This document shows, piece by piece, positions 28,449-38,436 of a stretch of DNA of 53,848 bases (its first letter is position 1; each line of letters opens with the position of its first letter). The stretch lies in IMG/VR virus record IMGVR_UViG_3300032829_000014, positions 1 through 53,848 of that record. One strand, given 5' to 3'. Position numbers and translations under genes: made by a program. Below the pieces are notes generated by a model. It was not told the origin of the DNA, ran no database searches, and saw only the letters and a program-made list of their open reading frames with translations. This DNA is from a virus. Lineage: Duplodnaviria; Caudoviricetes.

Positions 28449-29690
28449 TTGCAATTAGTTGAACAACATATTATAAAATCTAATAATCCTTTCTTTAAAG
28501 AATGTGATAATATTTGTTTTAAATCAAAAAATTTATATAATTCTTGTTTATATAATATCAGACAAGAATATATAAATAATAAAATAAATATTATTAATAA
28601 TTTATATCATATAATGAAAAATACTGATGAATATAAATCATTGCCAAGAAAAGTATCATCATCAGTATTATTAATGGTTCAAAAAAATTTTAAATCATTT
28701 TTTAATTCATTAAAAGAATATAATAAAAACTTAAATAAATTTAAAAATAGACCACATTTACCAAAATATTTGGATAAAATTGATGGAAGATATATGGTTT
28801 CATATACCAATCAAGCAATATCTAAAAAAATATTTAAAAAAGTTAATAAAATTAAATTATCACAATCTAATATTGAATTTAAAACAAAAATTAATGATTT
28901 TAATATTATAGATTGTATAAGAATAGTACCTAAAATAGGTTATTATGTTATTGAAATTGTTTATACTATTAAAGAAAAAGGATTATTAAATGATAATAAT
29001 CAATATTTAAGTATTGATATAGGATTAAATAATTTAGCTACATTAACAAGTAATAAAATTAATTTTGACCCAATAATTATAAATGGTAAGCCATTAAAAA
29101 ATATAAATCAATATTATAATAAAAAAAGATCAGATTTACAATCAATATTAAAAATTAGAAATAATAAAAATAATTCAAATAAATTAAATTTATTAACATT
29201 AAAAAGAAAAAATAAGATAGATAATTATTTACATAAAGCAAGTAAAAATATAATTAATATATGTAATGAAAATAATATAAATACGATAATAATAGGTAAA
29301 AATGATAATTGGAAACAAGATATAAATATAGGTAAAACAAATAATCAGAATTTTGTAAATATACCACATAGTAGATTTATAGAGATAATAAAGTATAAAT
29401 GCGAAATAAGTGGTATAAAATTTATAACTATAGAAGAAAGTTATACAAGTAAAGCAAGTTTTTTAGATTTAGATAAGATACCAAATTATAGTAAAAATAA
29501 TAAAACTAATTATAATTTTAATGGTAAAAGAATATCAAGAGGGTTATATAAAACTAATAAAGGTATAATTATAAATGCTGATGTAAATGGTAGTTATAAC
29601 ATATTAAGAAAAGCAATTCCAAAAGTATTTTCCAATGGGGTAGAGGGTGTTAGAGTACATCCAAAAATCATAAAAATTTTAAAGGGATAA
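28449..29690 (+). CDS. tnpB: IS607-associated TnpB (TTG start)
   Basis: SIDIGLNNL, IIIGKN..WKQ, EESYTSK, INADVNGSYNI. Confidence 0.93.
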   Translation: MQLVEQHIIKSNNPFFKECDNICFKSKNLYNSCLYNIRQEYINNKINIINNLYHIMKNTDEYKSLPRKVSSSVLLMVQKNFKSFFNSLKEYNKNLNKFKNRPHLPKYLDKIDGRYMVSYTNQAISKKIFKKVNKIKLSQSNIEFKTKINDFNIIDCIRIVPKIGYYVIEIVYTIKEKGLLNDNNQYLSIDIGLNNLATLTSNKINFDPIIINGKPLKNINQYYNKKRSDLQSILKIRNNKNNSNKLNLLTLKRKNKIDNYLHKASKNIINICNENNINTIIIGKNDNWKQDINIGKTNNQNFVNIPHSRFIEIIKYKCEISGIKFITIEESYTSKASFLDLDKIPNYSKNNKTNYNFNGKRISRGLYKTNKGIIINADVNGSYNILRKAIPKVFSNGVEGVRVHPKIIKILKG

Positions 29691-29710
29691 TATTATATAT
29701 TATTTCATAC

Positions 29711-29755
29711 TCTGGAATGGAAGAATTTATTCAATGGTTAGAAACTAAAAAATAA
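29711..29755 (+). pseudogene. 3' part of the IS607-split ORF; also the predicted TnpB guide source
   Basis: SGMEEFIQWLETKK* immediately after the element end. Confidence 0.7.
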
Positions 29756-29759
29756 TAAA

Positions 29760-30137
29760 ATGAGTACAAATAATTGGGATGATAAAATTTTTGGAGGATT
29801 AAGTAAAAATTAAATAAGAAAAATATCAAAAGGTTTGTTTTATGATTATATGATTTTTGCTACTTTGACAGATTGTGAAAATATTGATGATGAAAATTCA
29901 ATATTAATTATTGAATTAGCAAACGCCAATATTAACAAATTAAATAAAATAATGGGTGAAATTTATGCCGAAAAATTATCTTCAGAATCTAAAACACATA
30001 AATTTATATTTAATAGTTACAAAACAGATAAAAATATTGTTGATTTACATGAATATGAATCATCAAAAATATCTATTGGAACATATACTGAAATAACAGA
30101 TGTTTATATTGTTTTAGATGTAAAAAAAATAATATAA
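29760..30137 (+). pseudogene. hypothetical gene with an in-frame TAA at 29811
   Basis: ATG 29760 is in frame with the tracked TTG ORF at 29835: MSTNNWDDKIFGGLSKN*IRKISKGLFYDY. Confidence 0.55.
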
Positions 30138-30166
30138 AATTTAAAAACTTTAATAAAATTTATAAT

Positions 30167-30757
30167 ATGAGTTCTCAATCACAAGTAGGCCAAGATTTAT
30201 GGGCTTTAGAAGTATTAAAAAATAAAAAAAATGGATTTTTTATTGATATTGGAGCACATAATGGAGTATTTTTTAGTAATACATATATGTTTGAAAAAGA
30301 ATACGAATGGAATGGGTTAGCTATTGAAGCTGATCCTGTTTTATTTGAATCATTAAAGAAAAATAGAAATTGTATATGTATTAATAAAGCAATTACAAAT
30401 TATAATGGTAAATGTAAATTTGATGGTAAAATTTGTAATTCAAATAGTAGTATTGAAGTTGATGGAATAACATTAAGTGAATTGTTTAAGCAATATAATG
30501 TTCCTAAAGTTATTGATTATATATCTTTAGATATTGAAGGTGGAGAATATAATGCATTATTAGGTTTTCCATTTAATGAATATAAATTTTTAACATTAAC
30601 TGTTGAACATAATATATATAATGGAGATAAACAAAATTTAATAAATAAAGAAAAAATATTTGATTTATTAACAAATAATAATTATTTTCGTATAAAAAAT
30701 AATGTTGCTGATAATGGTAATGAATTTGAAGATTGGTATATTTTAAAAAATATATAA
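30167..30757 (+). CDS. FkbM-family methyltransferase
   Basis: SQVGQD, GFFIDIGAHNG..FSNT, IDYISLDIEGGE, TVEHN. Confidence 0.9.
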   Translation: MSSQSQVGQDLWALEVLKNKKNGFFIDIGAHNGVFFSNTYMFEKEYEWNGLAIEADPVLFESLKKNRNCICINKAITNYNGKCKFDGKICNSNSSIEVDGITLSELFKQYNVPKVIDYISLDIEGGEYNALLGFPFNEYKFLTLTVEHNIYNGDKQNLINKEKIFDLLTNNNYFRIKNNVADNGNEFEDWYILKNI

Positions 30758-30774
30758 TTTCTACTATAGTAGAT
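30756..30774 (+). CRISPR. solitary Cas12a (type V-A)-like repeat handle; not an array
   Basis: AATTTCTACTATAGTAGAT matches the AATTTCTACTnnnGTAGAT crRNA handle; intergenic. Confidence 0.6.
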
Positions 30775-30841
30775 AAGATTTTGATAATAAAATTATTTTA
30801 AAGAAAATTTACTAAATAATAAATAAATTAAAATAAAAAAC

Positions 30842-31216
30842 ATGAAAATAAACGTAGTTGAAGAAAAAGTTGATTTTGAAGAAAAGGAACTCGAAATTAA
30901 ATTTCCATTTTATTATCAAATGGAATTATCTAATGATGATGAATCTTATAAACATCTTTATACTAAAGTAACTGAAGATGGTAAAATAGTTAAAATTGTT
31001 GAAATTTGTCTTCATGATGAACATGAAATTTTTACTATTGATGTTGGTTATATTGATTTAGAAGATTTAGATTATGAAGATGAATTAAATCTTATTTTTC
31101 AAAATGAAAAAAATTTTGAATTGTCTGAAGAAGAATATAGTGAAATTGAAAATAGATTTTTAAATTTTGTTAATGAAAATTTTAAAAATAGTTTATTTGC
31201 TATTGGAACAAATTAA
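30842..31216 (+). CDS. acidic hypothetical protein
   Basis: ORF track. Confidence 0.7.
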   Translation: MKINVVEEKVDFEEKELEIKFPFYYQMELSNDDESYKHLYTKVTEDGKIVKIVEICLHDEHEIFTIDVGYIDLEDLDYEDELNLIFQNEKNFELSEEEYSEIENRFLNFVNENFKNSLFAIGTN

Positions 31217-31225
31217 AAAAATATT

Positions 31226-31414
31226 ATGAAAGAAAAGGGTTTTAAAGTGTATTGTAAATCTTGTAAAAGAAATCATATAATGATAATGCAACCTTGTCCA
31301 GATTGTGAAATTTCTTTTACACCACAACCTAAAAGTGATAAAGTTTATGATAAATGTATGTCATTACATTATTGTTGTGAAGGTTGTGAAGCATATAAAG
31401 ATCATTTAAGATAA
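31226..31414 (+). CDS. small Cys-rich (Zn-binding) protein
   Basis: CKSC, CPDC, CCEGC. Confidence 0.65.
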   Translation: MKEKGFKVYCKSCKRNHIMIMQPCPDCEISFTPQPKSDKVYDKCMSLHYCCEGCEAYKDHLR

Positions 31415-31447
31415 AATAAATTAAATTAAAATTTAAAACTAAATAAA

Positions 31448-31669
31448 ATGATTATAATTATTTTAGCTATTGTGTGGTATATAATAGGATGTTTATCTTT
31501 TATATATTGGTGGATAAAAGAATTTGATTTTGATGTAAGTTGTATAATTATTATGTTGAGTGCAGGTGTTTTAGGCTTACTTGCTTGGCCAATAGGTTAT
31601 ATAATACATGGTGATAAATCTAAAATTTTTAATAGTAATAAAGTTTTAATAAAACAACGTAAAAAATAA
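31448..31669 (+). CDS. small two-TM membrane protein
   Basis: Two hydrophobic segments and a basic tail. Confidence 0.65.
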   Translation: MIIIILAIVWYIIGCLSFIYWWIKEFDFDVSCIIIMLSAGVLGLLAWPIGYIIHGDKSKIFNSNKVLIKQRKK

Positions 31670-31808
31670 AATTTTATGAAAATTAAAAATATTTATACTG
31701 AAGTATCATATTGGGATGAATTTAATAAAAATAATTTTCCTTGGTTTAAAAAAGGTAAAATGAAAAGAATGTTAAGAAAAAGATTTATAAAAAATCAAAT
31801 TAAAAATA

Positions 31809-32549
31809 ATGAATAATAGAGATGTATCAGTAATATTAAATGTTTATAAGCGTCCAGAAACATTAGAATTACAAATTAATTCTATATTAAATCAAACATA
31901 TAAAATAAAGCCAGAAAATATACATGTTTGGTATAATAAATCAGATGTTATACAAAATCTACCAAAAAATGAACAAATAAAAACATATAATTGTAATTGG
32001 AATACTAAATTTTTTGGAAGATTTACAATTCCTTTATTATTAGATACAGAATTTATTGCAATGTTTGATGATGATATGTTACCGGGTAGTAGATGGATTG
32101 AAAATTGCATTGATTCAATTGAAAAAGTTAATGGTATAATGGGTGGTAGCGGTGTTATATTAGATAAAAAAGCTTATTTTCCAAATCATAAAGTTGGATG
32201 GAATGGTTTACATAGTAATAAGATTGAAAGAGTTGATCTTGTTGGCCATGCATGGTTCTATAGAAGAGAATGGATAAAATATTTTTGGATGAATAAACCA
32301 TATAATATGAATAATGGTGAAGATATTCATTTTTCATATATGTGTCAAAAATATGAAAATATAAATACATTTGTACCACCACATCCAAATACTGATATGT
32401 CATTTTGGTCTACAGATCCAAAATTTGGAACAGAAAAAGGTATGGATAATAATGCAAGTTCATTAATTATTAATAATCATATTAGTGTAAGAGATGAAAT
32501 TTGTAAATATTATATATATAATGGATGGAATACAGTAAATTTAATTTAA
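31809..32549 (+). CDS. glycosyltransferase family 2
   Basis: VSVILNVYKR, SILNQT, AMFDDD, VDLVGHAWF, GEDIHFS. Confidence 0.88.
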   Translation: MNNRDVSVILNVYKRPETLELQINSILNQTYKIKPENIHVWYNKSDVIQNLPKNEQIKTYNCNWNTKFFGRFTIPLLLDTEFIAMFDDDMLPGSRWIENCIDSIEKVNGIMGGSGVILDKKAYFPNHKVGWNGLHSNKIERVDLVGHAWFYRREWIKYFWMNKPYNMNNGEDIHFSYMCQKYENINTFVPPHPNTDMSFWSTDPKFGTEKGMDNNASSLIINNHISVRDEICKYYIYNGWNTVNLI

Positions 32550-32556
32550 AATAAAT

Positions 32557-33390
32557 ATGTTAAAAGAAGCTTATAATAATAATGATATTGATTTATTAAT
32601 TATTTATTTAAAAAAATTAATAAAAAAAGAAATAAAATTAAATAATATTTTTATATTAAAACATAAAATAAAAAATGAAAAGCAATATATAAATTATATT
32701 AAATCTAATATACAAGCTGCAATAATTTATCTTAATTTTTTAAAAGATGAAATGATTATTAAAGAAAATGTTTTAAATTGTGTAATAGCTGATTTAATAC
32801 CATATATTGAAGAATTAGATAAAAATGAAGATTTGACTTTTTTATTTGCTAATACTAATGTATTATCATCTTCAATACATTATAAACATGTTGAAGAATT
32901 ATTTTATAATAGAGAATTAAGAAATGATCATAAAGATCATTATAATATTAATATTTTAATACTTTATGGTATTAGATTAGCTTTAGAAAAAAGAATATTA
33001 GGCATTTTAGGTATAAGACAAATACAAAAAAATAATAAGCCAATAATAGGTACATCAAAATTATTAGAAATTATAAAAAAATTAAAAAATATTGAATATA
33101 ATAATATTGATTGGAATTTAATAATTAAAATTAATAATTGGTTGAATTATTATATTCATAATCAAATAAGACCTGAATCATGGATAATTCATCAAGTTTT
33201 TATAGTATTAAATAATTTATTTAATTCAAAACAATATAAAAATATTTGTAGTATTTATGGTTCAACAATAATAAATGATATGAATAAATTAGATGATGAA
33301 ATAAAAAACAAAATATATAAAAAATTTGGTGAAGAAATTAAAATAATTTATGATAGTGTGACTACTAGAGAATTATTAGAAATTAAATAA
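32557..33390 (+). CDS. hypothetical helical protein (possibly HEPN-like)
   Basis: IRLALE and WLNYYIH weakly recall HEPN motifs. Confidence 0.55.
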   Translation: MLKEAYNNNDIDLLIIYLKKLIKKEIKLNNIFILKHKIKNEKQYINYIKSNIQAAIIYLNFLKDEMIIKENVLNCVIADLIPYIEELDKNEDLTFLFANTNVLSSSIHYKHVEELFYNRELRNDHKDHYNINILILYGIRLALEKRILGILGIRQIQKNNKPIIGTSKLLEIIKKLKNIEYNNIDWNLIIKINNWLNYYIHNQIRPESWIIHQVFIVLNNLFNSKQYKNICSIYGSTIINDMNKLDDEIKNKIYKKFGEEIKIIYDSVTTRELLEIK

Positions 33391-33405
33391 TAAATATAAT
33401 TATAT

Positions 33406-33951
33406 ATGAAAAAATTTAAAATAGAAGTTATTCGTACAGATTTTTATGAAATTGAAGTTGATGAAAATGTTTGGACAAAAGAAGAATTAAAAAAATGGTC
33501 TAATGTATTTTATCCAGCTGAAAATCAAAAAGAATTAGCTGAAAATTTAGCTAATTCAATTATGAGACTTGGTAGTGATTATGGTTTTATTGAAGGTTTT
33601 GGTTATGTAAAAACTTTTAGATGTGATGGAAGTCAAAGAAAACATTTTGAAGGATTAAAAGAAGTTCCAGATGATAAATATGCAAATGGAATTTCAATAA
33701 AAATTATTAATGAAAATGATGATTATGAAATTAATTCTTATGAAGTAAATAATATGAATAAAGATTTAACATTATTAGAAAGAAGAATAATAGCAAAAAA
33801 TACATTATCTGCATATAAATGGTATAAAATAATTAAAATGGGGCATAAAAAAGAAACATATGATTATTTTAAAATTCCTAAATATTATTATGAATTAAAA
33901 TTTTATTTAAAAAATAATCCAATTATAACAAAATTTTTACATTTAATTTAA
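33406..33951 (+). CDS. hypothetical protein, possibly two ORFs fused in frame
   Basis: Composition switches from acidic to basic at the internal ATG 33754. Confidence 0.6.
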   Translation: MKKFKIEVIRTDFYEIEVDENVWTKEELKKWSNVFYPAENQKELAENLANSIMRLGSDYGFIEGFGYVKTFRCDGSQRKHFEGLKEVPDDKYANGISIKIINENDDYEINSYEVNNMNKDLTLLERRIIAKNTLSAYKWYKIIKMGHKKETYDYFKIPKYYYELKFYLKNNPIITKFLHLI

Positions 33952-33956
33952 ATAAT

Positions 33957-34190
33957 ATGGATAGTATTAATATTAAAGATTATGATAGTTATAAATTTCT
34001 TTTTAGATTAAAAAAATTTAAATCTCCAACATATATAGATTTTTTTAGCGAAGATATTTATGAATGGTTTATAAGAGTTGTTGTATATTTACATAAATCG
34101 GGTAAAATTAATGATACATATACAATAATAAAAAAAGATTTGGAAAATCATTTAGAATTTTATAAAAATAAAGGTTTTAATAAAAAATAA
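33957..34190 (+). CDS. hypothetical protein
   Basis: ORF track. Confidence 0.65.
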   Translation: MDSINIKDYDSYKFLFRLKKFKSPTYIDFFSEDIYEWFIRVVVYLHKSGKINDTYTIIKKDLENHLEFYKNKGFNKK

Positions 34191-34225
34191 AAATTATAAA
34201 AAATAATTAAATTAAAAAAAATAAT

Positions 34226-34585
34226 ATGTGTAATATTATCATGTATAATAGTCCACCATTGGATTATGAAAAAATAAATATTGTAAAAGAACATATTTTA
34301 TATAAAAATCTATTAGATTTTGAAGAATTTAAACCATTAGTAGATATGTTTTTAAATGAAGATGATAGAAAATTTAAATTAAAAAAATATTGTAAAAAAT
34401 GTAATAAAAATTATGATAAATTATTAAGAGAAAAATTTGAAATAATTGAAACAGAACGTGGATATTTTACAATAATATTACCATATTTTATGACTTTTAT
34501 GTTATTTATCAATAATGAAAATAAATATTATAAATTATGGAATAAATTAGTTAATAATGTAATAATTAAATATATTAATCAATGA
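34226..34585 (+). CDS. hypothetical protein
   Basis: ORF track; ATGA overlap with the next gene. Confidence 0.6.
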   Translation: MCNIIMYNSPPLDYEKINIVKEHILYKNLLDFEEFKPLVDMFLNEDDRKFKLKKYCKKCNKNYDKLLREKFEIIETERGYFTIILPYFMTFMLFINNENKYYKLWNKLVNNVIIKYINQ

Positions 34586-35295
34586 CAAAAGATTTTAAAC
34601 AAGAATTTTTTAAATTATTGGATAGAGTTAAATCAAATAAGCCATTTGCTTTTTCTAAATATGCTGATGGAGAATATTTAATATTTAAAAATATTAATAT
34701 TGATAATGGAGAATTTTCATTTATACAAGGCCAAGATGAATTATATAGGCAAAAATTAATTGAATCAATTAAGTATAAACATCCTGATTATGTTGTGGCT
34801 ATAGGCTGTAAATGTTGTATAGGTGATGAAGCTTTTAATTGGTATAAAGAATTTTCAGAACAAGATGAAGAAAATAATCTTACATTTGCTAATGTATTTG
34901 TAAATAGTAATTTTAAGTATTATGTTGAATATATGATTCCTGAATATAATAATCATGATATTATTATTGTATGTAATGAAAATTCAAATATTGATAATTT
35001 ACCATTTAAGCATAAAATTGTAAAAGATTTTAGAATTGGAATTAAAGCATGGGTGAATAATTATAATTTGATTGAAGAAATTAAACAATATATTTCAGAT
35101 AATAATATTAAAAATCATTTATTTTTATTTTGTGCTGGACCATTTGGAAATTTGTTAGCACATCAATTATTTGATTTTAATAAAGAAAATTTATATATAG
35201 ATATTGGTAGTACATTAAATCCTTGGTTAAATACAGGTAATTGGCGAGGATATTATTCAGGTGCTCCAACCAAAAATAAAATTTGTATTTGGTAA
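34582..35295 (+). CDS. GT-D fold (DUF1792-like) glycosyltransferase
   Basis: FAFSKYADGE, LFCAGPFG, YIDIGS.L.P. Confidence 0.7.
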   Translation: MTKDFKQEFFKLLDRVKSNKPFAFSKYADGEYLIFKNINIDNGEFSFIQGQDELYRQKLIESIKYKHPDYVVAIGCKCCIGDEAFNWYKEFSEQDEENNLTFANVFVNSNFKYYVEYMIPEYNNHDIIIVCNENSNIDNLPFKHKIVKDFRIGIKAWVNNYNLIEEIKQYISDNNIKNHLFLFCAGPFGNLLAHQLFDFNKENLYIDIGSTLNPWLNTGNWRGYYSGAPTKNKICIW

Positions 35296-35308
35296 ATATA
35301 ATAAAATT

Positions 35309-35539
35309 ATGAAAAATTTTAGTATTAGTATAGAAGAATTAATAAAAAAACCTATTATTAGAAATGATAAATTTCCTAATTTTTTAAATAAAATGACAGA
35401 TGAAGAAATTAAACAATTTGATAAAGAATTAGATGAAATTTTATTAGAAGAAAAAAATATAAAAGAAAATTTTGATTATCAAACTGAATGGTTAACAAAA
35501 GTTATTAATAGAGATATATTATATAATTTAAATTTATGA
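35309..35539 (+). CDS. hypothetical protein
   Basis: ORF track 35261..35539; ATG 35309 preferred as start. Confidence 0.6.
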   Translation: MKNFSISIEELIKKPIIRNDKFPNFLNKMTDEEIKQFDKELDEILLEEKNIKENFDYQTEWLTKVINRDILYNLNL

Positions 35540-35718
35540 AAACAATAACAATTAAAATTCCTAAAAATTTTATGAATACAGCAATAACAAAAGATAATTA
35601 TTTTATTGCTGATACTAATGATAGTAAAAATTGGGATACTATTAAGTTTCCATTACCAAAAGGTAAATGGAAATTTAAAAATATTATCGATAAAGAAATA
35701 ACATTAATAAAATTTTAA
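35536..35718 (+). CDS. hypothetical protein
   Basis: ORF track. Confidence 0.6.
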   Translation: MKTITIKIPKNFMNTAITKDNYFIADTNDSKNWDTIKFPLPKGKWKFKNIIDKEITLIKF

Positions 35719-35721
35719 TAT

Positions 35722-36000
35722 ATGAATAAAGAAATAACACAATTAGATTATGACATGATACGTGAAGCTATTGATCTTGATAGTTGGAAACATTCATGGC
35801 ATTTAAATGTTTTTATGGCAAATCAAAAAACATTAAATAAAAAATTATTAGATATTATTGAAGAAAAAATAAATAAAAGAAATAAAGAAATAGAATTTCT
35901 TAATAAAACAAAAAATATTTTATTAGATTTAGAATTAATTGAAGATAGCGAATTTAAATATGATTATAAAAATAATGAAGAAGATAATTTATCCTTTTAA
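35722..36000 (+). CDS. hypothetical protein
   Basis: ORF track. Confidence 0.6.
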   Translation: MNKEITQLDYDMIREAIDLDSWKHSWHLNVFMANQKTLNKKLLDIIEEKINKRNKEIEFLNKTKNILLDLELIEDSEFKYDYKNNEEDNLSF

Positions 36001-36008
36001 ATAAAAAA

Positions 36009-36233
36009 ATGATTAATGAAATAAATAAAGATTTATTATTAAAATATTGTAAAATATTATCAATTAAAGAAAATTATGAAGTTTTAGATGTATTAAATAT
36101 TAAAATATATAATAATATAATATATTATAACATGAAAATAAAATATTATACATCAGAAATTCCTGAAATTACTACATTATATTATATGAATGAATTTTCG
36201 TATAATAAATTTAATGAAATTATAAATAATTAA
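36009..36233 (+). CDS. hypothetical protein
   Basis: ORF track. Confidence 0.55.
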   Translation: MINEINKDLLLKYCKILSIKENYEVLDVLNIKIYNNIIYYNMKIKYYTSEIPEITTLYYMNEFSYNKFNEIINN

Positions 36234-36240
36234 TTATATA

Positions 36241-36897
36241 ATGCTTATTATGAATATAGAAGAAAAAAGAGAAGATTTTTTAAAAAGTTATTTTGATAGC
36301 TTTAAACAAATATTTCCTGAATTAACAGAAGAAGAATTTTTAAGTTATTATGATGAAATATATGAATTAGGTTTATTAGGTTATCCCCAAAAGCAAGGTG
36401 GTTCAATGTGGGCAAGTGAACTTCAGAATCTTTATGTTTTAATTAGATTATTAAAACCAAAAAATATATTAGAATTAGGTAATTTTATTGGAGTTTCAAG
36501 TAATGCAATATTGGCAGCAGTTAAAAAAAATAAATTTGGCGAAGTTACATTAGTTGATATTGAAGAACGATTACAATATGAAAATTTATGTAGTAAAAAT
36601 TTTATAAGAATTTTAAGTGATTCTCAATCATATTTAAATAATAAAATTAATTTTGATTTAATAATTCAAGATGATGATCATTCATATGAAAATGTTTCAA
36701 AAGAACTCGATTTAATTAAACAAAATAATATTAATAAAAATTATTTAATTTGGGCGCACGATTACTTCGTGGATTGTAGCAAATCTACTTGTAAAGTTCG
36801 TGAAGTATATGATGATAGAAAAGATGAATTTAATATATTTTTACCACAAAAAGACTCAATTAGTGATTGTGGACTTATTATAGTAAAATTTAAATAA
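36241..36897 (+). CDS. class I SAM methyltransferase (Methyltransf_24-like)
   Basis: KPKNILELGNFIGVSS, FDLIIQDDDHSYE, WAHDY. Confidence 0.82.
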   Translation: MLIMNIEEKREDFLKSYFDSFKQIFPELTEEEFLSYYDEIYELGLLGYPQKQGGSMWASELQNLYVLIRLLKPKNILELGNFIGVSSNAILAAVKKNKFGEVTLVDIEERLQYENLCSKNFIRILSDSQSYLNNKINFDLIIQDDDHSYENVSKELDLIKQNNINKNYLIWAHDYFVDCSKSTCKVREVYDDRKDEFNIFLPQKDSISDCGLIIVKFK

Positions 36898-36905
36898 AAT
36901 ATTAT

Positions 36906-37361
36906 ATGGGCGGTTATATAGGACAAATTGGAAATTATAGTTTATATTTACATGATTCAATTTATGATTGTGTGAAAAAAAATAAGCCTATAGAATATTA
37001 TGAAAATTATAAAGTTAATTTAACATTAAAAAATAATTTTAATGATGAAGAAGAAATTGAAATATCATTATTAGAATTAGGAAAATTAAATAAATTAAAA
37101 AAATATTATAAATTTGATTTTGAATTTAATTTAACTAAAATACTTTGGAATATATTAGAAGAAAGGCATATTAAATTATCTGGTAAAGTATTTTTATATC
37201 AATTTATTGATAAAGATAATTGTTACTATTATTATTTACAATCAAAAATTGGAGATGTTGAAGTAATATTAAAAAATGCTTGTTTAATATTACATAATTT
37301 AAATTCATATGATGATATTATTTGGTTAGATAATCATGCTTTAAGATTTGAACAAATTTAA
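36906..37361 (+). CDS. hypothetical protein
   Basis: ORF track. Confidence 0.65.
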   Translation: MGGYIGQIGNYSLYLHDSIYDCVKKNKPIEYYENYKVNLTLKNNFNDEEEIEISLLELGKLNKLKKYYKFDFEFNLTKILWNILEERHIKLSGKVFLYQFIDKDNCYYYYLQSKIGDVEVILKNACLILHNLNSYDDIIWLDNHALRFEQI

Positions 37362-37373
37362 AAATAAAATATT

Positions 37374-38249
37374 ATGATTACATTTAATTCTGTTGGATTA
37401 TTGGGTCGTCTTGGAAATCAATTATTTCAATACTCAATATTATTAGCTGTACAACAAAAACGAGGATTTGAAATAAAATTACCTAATTTTAATGGAAGAA
37501 TTCATCATGGCCAAGAATGTTTATTAAATAATTTTAATATTTCATCTAAATTTTTAGATAAAAATGATATAATTCAATATCAATATATAGAACCTGAAAT
37601 AGATCAATTTAAATATAATCCAAGTGTATTTTTAACGCCGGATAATACAGATTTTTATGGATTTTTTCAGCATGGAAAATATTATGAAGATGAAAAATGT
37701 TTTGAATTAATAAAAAAAGAATTATCTTTGAAAGAAAATATTTTATTACCTAATATTGAAAATTTTAATAAAATTAAAGAACAATATAAAGGATATCTAA
37801 TTGTATCATTACATTTAAGACGTGGAGATAGTTCGAAAGATATGTTTGGTAATGATTTAAATATTTTAGATAAAAATTCATTATGGTATGAATATTTTAA
37901 TAGAGCAAGTAAATATTTTGAAAATAAAAAAGTAAAATTTCTTTTATTTACTGGCGGAATACGTGGAAATGAAGATCCATCAAGTGAATATCAATGGTGT
38001 AGAAATAATTTTAAAGGAGAAGAATTTATAATACTTGATGAACAAAGAGATACAATAAACGATTTTGCATTAATGAAAGAATGTGATCATCATATTTTAT
38101 CACCTGTTTCAACATTTAGCTATATGGTTGGATATTTAAATAAAGATAAAGTTAAAGATGGTAAAATTATTATAACACCCGAAAAATATCGTTTTTTACG
38201 GGAATCTCATGGAAAAGATTTTTATCCTCCTGAATTTATTTTAGTTTAA
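37374..38249 (+). CDS. GT11 alpha-1,2-fucosyltransferase-like
   Basis: GRLGNQLFQY, YGFFQ, SLHLRRGD, DFALMKECDHHI, STFSY. Confidence 0.9.
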   Translation: MITFNSVGLLGRLGNQLFQYSILLAVQQKRGFEIKLPNFNGRIHHGQECLLNNFNISSKFLDKNDIIQYQYIEPEIDQFKYNPSVFLTPDNTDFYGFFQHGKYYEDEKCFELIKKELSLKENILLPNIENFNKIKEQYKGYLIVSLHLRRGDSSKDMFGNDLNILDKNSLWYEYFNRASKYFENKKVKFLLFTGGIRGNEDPSSEYQWCRNNFKGEEFIILDEQRDTINDFALMKECDHHILSPVSTFSYMVGYLNKDKVKDGKIIITPEKYRFLRESHGKDFYPPEFILV

Positions 38250-38436
38250 TAAATATATAATTATGAAAAATAAAATAAAATTATTAATTTTGAATATTAA
38301 AATATATTATTATATAATAATATTATATTTTAAATATGATATGAAACGAAATAAAGAAAAAACTTATGATTTAAAAGTATATCCTAGTTTTAAAGATGCT
38401 ATTATAAAAAATATTGAATAATTAAAATTTAAATAT

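Larger units (their letters stand above)
27791..29713 (+). mobile_element. IS607-family element (serine-recombinase TnpA plus TnpB)
   Basis: Gene pair; TCT at both junctions (27791-27793, 29711-29713); removing the element restores an ORF. Confidence 0.9.

Noticed and set aside
25862-29813. Stop-codon reassignment suggested by two in-frame TAAs
   Set aside because: TAA ends most genes, TAG and TGA also terminate genes, and long genes are uninterrupted under the standard code.
30775-30797. Self-targets of the putative Cas12a spacer near 865-881 and 47269-47284
   Set aside because: Partial, low-complexity A/T matches with no TTTV PAM in the right position; expected by chance.
30804-30824. Second degenerate repeat making a mini-array
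   Set aside because: AAAATTTACT matches only 7/10 of the first half and lacks GTAGAT; too weak in A/T-rich DNA.
32557-33390. Confident HEPN/Abi toxin call
   Set aside because: No clean RxxxxH motif; the resemblance is too weak without a profile search.
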